DNA of 64,000 nucleotides from a virus, in the IMG/VR virus record IMGVR_UViG_3300041409_000599, positions 16,461 to 80,460 of that record. One strand, given 5' to 3'. This document shows positions 38,504 to 46,256 of the stretch, one piece after another. How positions within the stretch are numbered: position 1 is the stretch's first letter; each line of letters starts with the position of its first letter. The translations under genes were made by a program, and so were the position numbers. Under the pieces are notes generated by a model. It had not been told where the DNA came from. It searched no databases and saw nothing but the letters and a program-made list of their open reading frames with translations.

Positions 38504-39055
38504 CTAGAACCTCAGCACCAAACCGGCCGCGGCCCGGATGTTGCTCTCCGACCCGTGGAAGGCTTCGGTGTAGATGTAATCGACCTGCGGAAGCCGTATA
38601 GCCACGCGCTTACTCACCCCGATATCCAAGCCACCGCCCAGGGCATAGGCAAAACTGGAATCAGCCAGCGCTGTCAGATGAAAGCCTTTAAGCTTCTGCA
38701 CTTCGTAGGCGCCACCCACCAGCGCGTGTGCAAACACCCGGCTCTGCTTGAACCGCCCGGACAACTCCGGCCCGCCCATAAAGAGGAATTGGTTCTGTGT
38801 GGCGTTGTGGGAGAAGTTCAGGTCGCTGGCCAATCCGAACCAGCGATTAACGTTAACTGACAGTTCAGCCACGCCTCCAGGGATGTTGGCGCCGCTCTCC
38901 AATGCGCCCAGCGCGCCCTTGAAGCTGTGCGGCAGAGCGCCGTTGTGGGTAACGCTTGCGCCCAGGAAAACGTCGGCGCGGTTATCCTGCGCCACGGCGC
39001 TGCCGGCGATCATCAGGATCATGGCGATCATGCATACGAATACGGTCTTCTTCAT
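38504..39055 (-). CDS. Outer-membrane beta-barrel protein (Lom/Ail/OmpA-like)
   Basis: Signal peptide, alternating beta strands, GGGLD, C-terminal LVLRF. Confidence 0.85.
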   Translation of the reverse strand: MKKTVFVCMIAMILMIAGSAVAQDNRADVFLGASVTHNGALPHSFKGALGALESGANIPGGVAELSVNVNRWFGLASDLNFSHNATQNQFLFMGGPELSGRFKQSRVFAHALVGGAYEVQKLKGFHLTALADSSFAYALGGGLDIGVSKRVAIRLPQVDYIYTEAFHGSESNIRAAAGLVLRF

Positions 39056-39133
39056 CGTGTTTTCTCCTTAGAAATAAGTTGGCCCCTCATCACAAGGGGC
39101 CATGGAAATTTCACTTCGGGTTACGAGATGCCG

Positions 39134-39493
39134 TTAGCCGACAGCGTTCGCCGTCGCGTCCGGTTGATCAGCAGCCTGGCCAACAGTATTGGCTGCGGCC
39201 GGCAAGCTGGGCTGGGGCGCTGGCGGGAACAACTGTCCCGCTACTTCGTCGATCGTCGCGCTGACCACCGGACGGAATAGATTGATCATGTCCGAAGTCC
39301 TCTGGTCTCCAACCACGCCAAAACCTGCGGCTGTTCCCAGAGCTGCGGCATTGAACAGTTCCTGCGCCGCGGCTTTCTTGGTCTGGCCGGTCTTCTTACC
39401 AAACAGCGTTTCAAGGCTGCGCATGAAGAACGGCAGAAGCTTCAGTCCAACTCCGACTGAGGTAACGATTGTTTGCTGCGATTGCTGAGACAT
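39134..39493 (-). CDS. Hypothetical protein (lysis-module membrane-associated?)
   Basis: SD present; amphipathic helices. Confidence 0.55.
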   Translation of the reverse strand: MSQQSQQTIVTSVGVGLKLLPFFMRSLETLFGKKTGQTKKAAAQELFNAAALGTAAGFGVVGDQRTSDMINLFRPVVSATIDEVAGQLFPPAPQPSLPAAANTVGQAADQPDATANAVG

Positions 39494-39525
39494 ATCCTGT
39501 GAATCTCCTTCTTGAATTGGTGGAA

Positions 39526-39834
39526 CTAAACTTTTGGGCTTTCCGCGACTCCGGCCGCGTGAACCTCATCCTTGGTGGGAGCGCGCAGGACCGCGAACGC
39601 GCCGACAATCAAATTCGATCCCTGCTCTTTCTGTCCGCAGCAGGTCAGCAGGACGCCACCGGCAAGGATAAGCACCATCCATACCGTGATAGAAACGCGG
39701 TTGACGGCATCGACCAACGGAGCGAGAAACGCCTGCTGTCTCAGCCGCAGGCCAAAGAAAAGCAGGAAGATGATCGTCAGGAAAACGCCCCAGATCACGT
39801 TGTGCAGCGCATTGATAGCTTGTACAAAGTTCAT
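39526..39834 (-). CDS. Small membrane protein, holin candidate
   Basis: 2-3 TM helices near the endolysin. Confidence 0.5.
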   Translation of the reverse strand: MNFVQAINALHNVIWGVFLTIIFLLFFGLRLRQQAFLAPLVDAVNRVSITVWMVLILAGGVLLTCCGQKEQGSNLIVGAFAVLRAPTKDEVHAAGVAESPKV

Positions 39835-40355
39835 CCTTCAATCCTCTCTTCCTTCGCGCAACCAAGCCCCAAGATGAAATCCTTCTGACTTTGCAGGGCT
39901 AGGCCAAAATGCTCTGCTTCCATGAGCGCGTTCTCAGGCGTCCATCCGTTCACCAGAACTCGATAAGCCGCCACCATGCAGCCAGTGCGTCCTTGCCCTT
40001 GCTCGCAATGGATGAAGACTGGCTCACGCGCCGCCTGCATGATCGACTGCAATTCCATTACGTCCTTATTGGACGGCGCTGTGTTGTCGATTATCGGAAT
40101 GTTGAACGCCACGCTTCCAACCGCCCGAACAACCGCATCCTGTGAGCGTTCGGCGCATAGATTGACTGCGGTCGTAATTCCCATCGCTCTGAGCCCGCTC
40201 AGGTGCTTAGCGTCTGGCCAGGAGCCACGATAGAGCTTTCCGGGGTCCACTTCCGCGATATACCAATGGATCGGGTAAAGAGGTCTGCCGGCTAGTTTTT
40301 CCAGCCGCCCGAATTCAGCAGCTATTGCGCTCTCAGCCTTACCCAGCAGCGTCAT
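39831..40355 (-). CDS. Protein-tyrosine/dual-specificity phosphatase
   Basis: LYRGSWP; HCEQGQGRTG (CX5R). Confidence 0.9.
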   Translation of the reverse strand: MTLLGKAESAIAAEFGRLEKLAGRPLYPIHWYIAEVDPGKLYRGSWPDAKHLSGLRAMGITTAVNLCAERSQDAVVRAVGSVAFNIPIIDNTAPSNKDVMELQSIMQAAREPVFIHCEQGQGRTGCMVAAYRVLVNGWTPENALMEAEHFGLALQSQKDFILGLGCAKEERIEG

Positions 40356-40912
40356 TGCTTGATCTCCAGCGCGGGATGCAGTTCAACTCCGTTGGGTGCA
40401 ACCCCTTTTTGCCCATGAATCTTGTCGAAGAACAGAACCCCGCTGGCCTTCACGCGCACCGGATTTGCCAGAGTCTTAAATGTCGGCGATGCTTTGCCGT
40501 CCAGCGAATCGATGAACGCGCGGAGTTGCGTGAGCGCTTCCTTGTAGTTCCCCGGTGCACATAAGGGGTCAGGAATCTCCATGATCATGGTTTGCTTCGG
40601 CTTGCCGGGTGTGCTCAATACAACGTGGTAATCGCCGTCGCCGGAGTTGGTGCTCTTGTTAAAAGCCTCATGCTTGTAGCCGATGATGTCGGCTACGACC
40701 TCATAGACCTGCTTCTCTGAGTCCTGCCGCGGCAGGGTGTTGCCAATCTTTACCGGCGGCTTCAGCTTCCGCATCTCGCCAACCGTGGCCGATACCGGCT
40801 TCATGTGGATCTCGACCGTCGCCTTGTCGCGCAGGTCTTTCACGTCGGTACGTTCCACTCCACATTGCGCGAAGGCAGCGCCGCTAAGCGCCAGCAGTAG
40901 AAGTATTCTCAT
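40352..40912 (-). CDS. Secreted OB-fold-like protein
   Basis: Signal peptide; DGDYHVVL, MEIP, FFD..HGQ, ELHP. Confidence 0.6.
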   Translation of the reverse strand: MRILLLLALSGAAFAQCGVERTDVKDLRDKATVEIHMKPVSATVGEMRKLKPPVKIGNTLPRQDSEKQVYEVVADIIGYKHEAFNKSTNSGDGDYHVVLSTPGKPKQTMIMEIPDPLCAPGNYKEALTQLRAFIDSLDGKASPTFKTLANPVRVKASGVLFFDKIHGQKGVAPNGVELHPALEIKQ

Positions 40913-41337
40913 TGCGTGTAACTCTCCATCTTGGCCAGCACTTCGTCGGGATACGCCGCATTGCCGCCGCCATTCCATGCCAGCAGCCCCTTGCGCACAT
41001 CGCCGCCGTGGGCATCCAGCTTGGCTTTCAGGTGTCTGCATCCCCAGTCCAGGCCCGTATCTGGATCACAGAGGCTTGCCATCTTCGCGTTGAATCCCAT
41101 CTCTCGCGCTGACTGACCCATGAGCTGCATCAGTCCCCATGAGATTGAGCGCGCAACTGTTTCTGTTTGTCCCAGGGCAAGAGGTTCGACGTACCGCTTT
41201 TGAAACGCAGGCTCATAGCGGATGGCCCATGGCGCCCAGTTCGATTCCTGCTCAACTACCGCACAGACAAGAGCGCCATTAAGATCATGAAGGCGCGCAA
41301 AGTATCGGGCTTTGTCTTTCAGATCGTCTATGGTCAT
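40909..41337 (-). CDS. Lytic transglycosylase (SLT) endolysin
   Basis: VEQES, SWGLMQ, AWNGG. Confidence 0.85.
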   Translation of the reverse strand: MTIDDLKDKARYFARLHDLNGALVCAVVEQESNWAPWAIRYEPAFQKRYVEPLALGQTETVARSISWGLMQLMGQSAREMGFNAKMASLCDPDTGLDWGCRHLKAKLDAHGGDVRKGLLAWNGGGNAAYPDEVLAKMESYTQ

Positions 41338-41420
41338 TCTGGAATCACCGCAGGGACAAGCTTTGTCAGTTTCATCGCCAGCCAGGTCGCCCAATCAAGC
41401 GACTGCTGAAACGTCATGAT

Positions 41421-41960
41421 TTAAATGGAGCTCCCGGATGGATTTTCACCACCGACCTCTTGCTTCAATGGCAAGTGCTCTGCCGGAGCTGCGGGAGCGT
41501 TAAACGGCCACATTCCTGTGGCCTCTGCCGTACACATCGTCCGCGCCGATTGCGATGTACTTACGAAACTGGCTCCCCGCTGACCATTCAAGGCCACTTC
41601 AGCGCTAGCAACCGAAGGCGGGGAATAACGCCACAGCTTGTAATTAGCTAGTGGCAAACTGTTTTCTTGCGTCAATGGCTCGGTCGCAACCGCCGACGTG
41701 CCAAACTGCGGATTGTCCGGATCGATGAACTGAAGGTTGGGAATACCAGCGTCCCGCAGCTTCCCAATCGCCTTGTTGAGGGACTTCTCACTTAATGCCT
41801 GCAGCACGATCACCCGCGGGATGCCGATGGCGCTGCATCCGAAATTCCTGAAGTAGACGCCGGCCATATGGAACACGGCATGGTTCGCCTGGACAATCTG
41901 CTGCTCGACCGGCAATTCATTGCGTACGAAAATGTAGATTGTGCGCTCGTCAATGTTCAT
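41421..41960 (-). CDS. Peptidyl-tRNA hydrolase 2 (Pth2/PTRHD1)-fold protein; C-terminal ~70 codons overlap tRNA-like RNAs
   Basis: IYIFVRNEL..VQANHA..VIVLQALSEKSL..FIDPD..TSAVATEP..YKLW. Confidence 0.65.
   Translation of the reverse strand: MNIDERTIYIFVRNELPVEQQIVQANHAVFHMAGVYFRNFGCSAIGIPRVIVLQALSEKSLNKAIGKLRDAGIPNLQFIDPDNPQFGTSAVATEPLTQENSLPLANYKLWRYSPPSVASAEVALNGQRGASFVSTSQSARTMCTAEATGMWPFNAPAAPAEHLPLKQEVGGENPSGSSI
41426..41498 (-). tRNA. Atypical tRNA-Gln(TTG)-like gene with encoded CCA
   Basis: GCTCCCG/CGGGAGC-T-CCA; D stem GCTC/GAGC; anticodon arm CTTGC-CATTGAA-GCAAG; T arm GGTGG-TGAAAAT-CCATC; non-canonical C8, A33 and T-loop. Confidence 0.75.
41570..41624 (-). ncRNA. D-armless tRNA-like element ending in CCA
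   Basis: TCCCCGC/GCGGGGA-G-CCA; one arm CTTCGG/CTGAAG; T-like arm TGGCC-TTGAAT-GGTCA. Confidence 0.5.
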
Positions 41961-42148
41961 GCCGTGCCCACCTTCGCTCCAAAACTTACCCAGGCGTTGA
42001 TGATCGTGTGCACCACTTCAATCCCGCAGTACGCCTCGTCCAGTTCGTCGTCAAAGATGTCCATCCCGGTCATGAAGTACGCTCTTCCTTCGGAGTTCTG
42101 ACACAACTCGTCGCGCCACTTCATAGAAGGAACACCCCGCGAAACCAC
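41957..42148 (-). CDS. Hypothetical protein
   Basis: ATGA overlap with the Pth2-like gene. Confidence 0.4.
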   Translation of the reverse strand: MVSRGVPSMKWRDELCQNSEGRAYFMTGMDIFDDELDEAYCGIEVVHTIINAWVSFGAKVGTA

Positions 42149-42167
42149 AGCATGAACACCAGGCCAG

Positions 42168-42440
42168 TCATGTAAGCGAATCCAGCCGGTCGCTATATTG
42201 CTTTACCAGTGGCTGTAGCCCCCATTTGGAAATGTTCCGCTTTGCGCCCATGAAGTACTTGCGCTTACATTCCGACCACAACCTGTAAACTGCGTCGAAG
42301 TCTTTATTTCCGTTGAACATTGCTTCCATAAATGGAGCATCAATCGGATGGCTGTAGATCACGGGCTCTCGCTCCGGGCGGAAAGTCGTAAGCCGGTCAA
42401 TCATGGTCTGGATGTGTTCCCGTTTGAGCGTTGTGGTCAT
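42168..42440 (-). CDS. Hypothetical protein
   Basis: ORF in operon. Confidence 0.5.
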   Translation of the reverse strand: MTTTLKREHIQTMIDRLTTFRPEREPVIYSHPIDAPFMEAMFNGNKDFDAVYRLWSECKRKYFMGAKRNISKWGLQPLVKQYSDRLDSLT

Positions 42441-42446
42441 AACCCT

Positions 42447-42695
42447 TTAAAGTCGCGGGATCTCCAGAAAATGTTGACGATCAAACTCTCTGCACTCCGG
42501 CAGTGGCTTGATCCTGATGTGTACTTTTTCGCAGTTGTAGCCGCCGTATTTAGCGGCACGGCAGGGCTTGCCAAAACCGTCCACCTCAATACAGTGAGGC
42601 GGCACAAAGTGAACTTGCGATTGCTGTTTCACAGCCGCGCTGCCATCCATCGCCAGCAATGACAGCGCAGCCATGACTCTCAGGAGCTTCATCAC
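42447..42695 (-). CDS. Small Cys-rich secreted protein
   Basis: Signal peptide and 4 Cys. Confidence 0.5.
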   Translation of the reverse strand: MMKLLRVMAALSLLAMDGSAAVKQQSQVHFVPPHCIEVDGFGKPCRAAKYGGYNCEKVHIRIKPLPECREFDRQHFLEIPRL

Positions 42696-42705
42696 AGTGA
42701 GTCGC

Positions 42706-44460
42706 TTAGTTGACGATTCTTAAGGTCGCTCCCTGCAACGTACTGCCGGCGCCATCGGTGCCCGTGGTATGGACCAGTTCGATTGTCAGGTGGGCCGGCA
42801 GGGCCAGATTAAGCGAGCCAACGCCAGCCACTAAGCTGCTCGATCCAGTAGATGGGTTAGCGCCCGCCGCCACTTGACTGACGGCCGCCCATCCAGTTCC
42901 CGGCGTGATGGTTCCGCCAGTGGCCGAAGTAGAGGCTACGGTTGTGGTTAACTGCTGGCAGAAGTGGAAGTTTGCCGCGGCCGCTAACGCTGTGGCTTCG
43001 GTAATTCTGATGGAACTGAGCTGCACCGGAGTTCCCGCTGTAACGTTCGATCCTTCCGCATCCCACCATACCTGTATTTGATCAACCGTATCGGCGGTGG
43101 TCGAGGTCTTAACGATCAACCCGCAGACCTCAATCGTTCGCCCGAGATAGTTCATGAAGTTGGATGGGAGCGGAATACTCCCTTCGACTTCGCCGATGGT
43201 CGTCTGTGCCGCCGCTGTAACTGGAAACACGATGTGCATCGCCTGTACTCCCGGGATGCCAATGCGATTTCCTGGCACATACGCATAGGTGGCGTGTGCC
43301 TCTTCGTTGGGATTGTGCTGCAGCGCCGATACCGACCCGATCTCAGGGGCCAGAGTGCTGGTAACTACCGGGAAGCCGGTAAACTGCGCTCCGCCTTTAG
43401 AGAACAGTCCAGCCGCACCGGTAGTCGATGCCGCCTGCCCGTAAAGGGTATTAGCGATCGCGCAAGCCGGAGTTGTGGTTTCCAGAGTGGTTAGAGTGCA
43501 GACACCAGCCGAAACTGGAGCCGCCAGCAATACCGTGGGTTGAGTCAGCAACGGCAGCGAGAACGCTTGCGCATAGGATCCGGCGCTTACTGAAAGATAC
43601 GGCTTCCACCCCACTACGTTGTCAGCGCGTGATGCGGGAGCGCCGATGTCAATCGCCTTGCTGGCTACTGAGGTAAAACTGGCGTCAGCCGAGCACGGAG
43701 ATTCGTTGCCGTTGATGTCTACCAGGGTAATGCAGCCATGGACCGTGCCACCCCATGAGGCCGAGCCCACCACCGTTGCATCGGAGCAGAACGTGTGCGT
43801 GGTATCGCAAGCTGCTTGTGCAGTCAGTGTAGTAGGAGCTGCAAGCAGGGTGGTGGTCGAAGGCATAGTGTTCCAGTCCTGTTCCGCTCCCCGGCGCGTG
43901 TCTTTGATGGTCACGCTGGAAAATGGCAGCGCAGCGCTGATCATGGCGTCAGTGCCAGACCAGAACGGGTCCACCATCACCGATCCGCCTCCCATAGCGA
44001 GTGCATCTTGGATGGCTTCCTGCAGTCCGAAAGTTCCGGAACCTACCAGCGCTCCGGCGCCATGGGCATTCGCCAGCGTAGCAGTAAAGCTGCACCCTGC
44101 GGCCGAGTTGACTACCGCGGTCGGTGTCACTGTCTCCGAGGTAGCATCGCTGATAGTCAACGGCACACCGACCGCAATTGGGCTGAATGTCCGCCCGTTG
44201 ACTGCGGTAAATGTGCAGGGGGTCTGGGTAAAGTTGCTGGCCGTGCTACCCGGATAGCCGACCTGGACTGTTTGGGCGCCCGACGCCACACTGCCGTAGA
44301 CCACCAGTTGCCACTTGCTGTAATCGCTGGCATCGAAGAACGCCTTAGGCGTGTTCGGAAAGTTCTGGGCCGCTGCCGGCGGCGCTGTGCTGATCACCAT
44401 CAAACAGATCATCAGCATCGCCACCAGCGAACGGACGAATGCGAATCCATGCTTTGTCAT
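42706..44460 (-). CDS. Tail fiber/decoration-like protein with Sec signal peptide
   Basis: T/A/G-rich; SGTFGLQEAI; signal ..PAAA|Q. Confidence 0.65.
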   Translation of the reverse strand: MTKHGFAFVRSLVAMLMICLMVISTAPPAAAQNFPNTPKAFFDASDYSKWQLVVYGSVASGAQTVQVGYPGSTASNFTQTPCTFTAVNGRTFSPIAVGVPLTISDATSETVTPTAVVNSAAGCSFTATLANAHGAGALVGSGTFGLQEAIQDALAMGGGSVMVDPFWSGTDAMISAALPFSSVTIKDTRRGAEQDWNTMPSTTTLLAAPTTLTAQAACDTTHTFCSDATVVGSASWGGTVHGCITLVDINGNESPCSADASFTSVASKAIDIGAPASRADNVVGWKPYLSVSAGSYAQAFSLPLLTQPTVLLAAPVSAGVCTLTTLETTTPACAIANTLYGQAASTTGAAGLFSKGGAQFTGFPVVTSTLAPEIGSVSALQHNPNEEAHATYAYVPGNRIGIPGVQAMHIVFPVTAAAQTTIGEVEGSIPLPSNFMNYLGRTIEVCGLIVKTSTTADTVDQIQVWWDAEGSNVTAGTPVQLSSIRITEATALAAAANFHFCQQLTTTVASTSATGGTITPGTGWAAVSQVAAGANPSTGSSSLVAGVGSLNLALPAHLTIELVHTTGTDGAGSTLQGATLRIVN

Positions 44461-44518
44461 GTCGTTTAAGCTCCTGAGTTTTAAAGTTGGTTCTGAGAGA
44501 TTGGTCTGGGTCTACGGA

Positions 44519-44722
44519 TTACGACCCGTTCTTGCTCATCACGGCGTCATAATGCCGCTGGATCTCGGGTTTGCGTTCCACCAGGTCGTCAAAGCAGAGA
44601 TTGGCTTTCACTCTGGTATGTTCCGCCCGGTCAAGCCGCTGCGTGGCGCGATGCAGAAACCACGTGCCTATGGCAATGGCGATGGTCAAAAGTGCCTGGA
44701 TAAACATCCCGAGCAGGTTCAA
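44519..44722 (-). CDS. Small 1-TM protein
   Basis: AGGAG SD; N-terminal TM helix. Confidence 0.55.
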   Translation of the reverse strand: MNLLGMFIQALLTIAIAIGTWFLHRATQRLDRAEHTRVKANLCFDDLVERKPEIQRHYDAVMSKNGS

Positions 44723-44815
44723 GGTTGTGGGCTCCTGGTGTGCTGAGTCTGCGGCAAAAGCTTCGTCCGGGAAACTACTTGGCTTCTACCTCGAAACTGG
44801 TAGAATTCGGGCGCT

Positions 44816-45232
44816 ATGAAAAGAACGTCTTTAGCGCAATTGCTGATTTTGCTGCAAGCCGTCACCCTCATCGGTTTAGGTATTTCGCTTGTAGGTCCAC
44901 TCACGTCGGCAGCCAGCCAGTTCTTAAGTCCGCTCTTTATCATTGAAAGCAAAGGAAGCGGTGTAGCCTCTGCCGTCTTCTTTAGCTCTTTGCCGCAAGC
45001 CATACTGCGCTGCCTGATTGCAGTTGCCGCGCTCTGGTGGCTCTCAGAACAGAAGCGCATCGTCGCCGCAGGGGAAGGCGAAACTCTGCCGCGATTGAGC
45101 CTGAGAGCCAAACTCATTGTCTGCGCTGTCTTCGCGGTTGCTGTGTCGATTGGCATATTCCTTATTCCGAGGACCGTGGCGGCCCCGCCCGTCGTCTTTG
45201 AAGAGAGGGACATTCAGAGTTCTCCCAAATGA
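44816..45232 (+). CDS. 3-TM membrane protein (antisense moron)
   Basis: Hydrophobic helices; extended -10 TGGTAGAAT just upstream. Confidence 0.6.
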   Translation: MKRTSLAQLLILLQAVTLIGLGISLVGPLTSAASQFLSPLFIIESKGSGVASAVFFSSLPQAILRCLIAVAALWWLSEQKRIVAAGEGETLPRLSLRAKLIVCAVFAVAVSIGIFLIPRTVAAPPVVFEERDIQSSPK

Positions 45233-45262
45233 ACGGCTCTCCCGCACTCTGGCCTTGCAGGG

Positions 45263-45271
45263 TGCTATAAT
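45263..45271 (+). promoter_or_regulatory. Extended -10 promoter element for the methyltransferase
   Basis: TGCTATAAT. Confidence 0.55.
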
Positions 45272-45305
45272 TTCGCCTTCTGTGCATTACCGGCCCGATG
45301 CGGAA

Positions 45306-46256
45306 ATGAGTAGCCGTGTCGGGCCCCTACCCAAAGGAAAAGCCGCGTTGATCTGTGCATTCTGCAATTCATCCGCCCATGAGTCTCATTCCGTCCGCGA
45401 AATGATGTTTGGACTCCGTGAGCGGTTCACCTATATTGAATGCTCTGGCTGCGGGGCGCTGACTCTAGCCAACCCACCGCACGATCTCTCTCCCTATTAC
45501 CCGAAGGACTATTACAGCTTTACCCTGCAAGGCGGCTTTTCCGCTAAAGCAAAATCCGTGATTCGCCACGCGATAGTCCGCGCCGGGCTGCGCTCCACTA
45601 TGGGATTCCTGTTTCCCGAAGTGACCCGTAACCTCATCAACACCCTCAAGCTGAGTCCAGAGATGCGGATTCTTGATGTGGGCGGCGGCAATGGCCAGCA
45701 GGTTAAAGACTTGATTACCGCTGGTTTCGCCGGCGCTCTTTGTATTGATCCGTTTACGTCTCAGGAAAGCGCCTACTGCCAGAAGAAATCCCTTGCCGAA
45801 GTGACCGGCCAATGGGATCGCATCATGTTTCACCATTCCCTTGAGCACATCGAAGATCAGATTGGCACCCTGGCCGAAGTGAAAAGAAAACTCGCTCCCG
45901 GTGGCCTCTGTCTGATTCGTATTCCCGTGGCTCGCTGGGCATGGCGACATTACGGCGTCAACTGGGTCCAACTAGATGCGCCGAGGCACATGGTCATTCA
46001 CACGCCCGATAGCATGATAAAAGCCGCCGAAATAGCAGGCTTGGAAGTTGCCACGATTAAAAATGATTCGTGGGCTTTCCAATTTTGGGGAAGCGAACTA
46101 TACCGCAAGGACATCCCATTAGCTGAAGGACGCCCACATCTCTCAAGGTATTTTGACGCTGCCGATATGAAGCGATTCGATGCAAAGGCCAAATCTCTCA
46201 ATGATTCAGGACAAGGCGATCAGGCTGCTTTCATTCTCACCGCGCAAGGCATTTAA
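45306..46256 (+). CDS. Class I SAM-dependent methyltransferase (surface-glycan-cluster type)
   Basis: CAFC..CSGC; ILDVGGGNG; HSLEHI; DAPRH. Confidence 0.85.
   Translation: MSSRVGPLPKGKAALICAFCNSSAHESHSVREMMFGLRERFTYIECSGCGALTLANPPHDLSPYYPKDYYSFTLQGGFSAKAKSVIRHAIVRAGLRSTMGFLFPEVTRNLINTLKLSPEMRILDVGGGNGQQVKDLITAGFAGALCIDPFTSQESAYCQKKSLAEVTGQWDRIMFHHSLEHIEDQIGTLAEVKRKLAPGGLCLIRIPVARWAWRHYGVNWVQLDAPRHMVIHTPDSMIKAAEIAGLEVATIKNDSWAFQFWGSELYRKDIPLAEGRPHLSRYFDAADMKRFDAKAKSLNDSGQGDQAAFILTAQGI

Noticed and set aside
45117-45305. N-terminal extension of the methyltransferase
   Set aside because: It overlaps the upstream gene and lies 5' of the TGCTATAAT promoter
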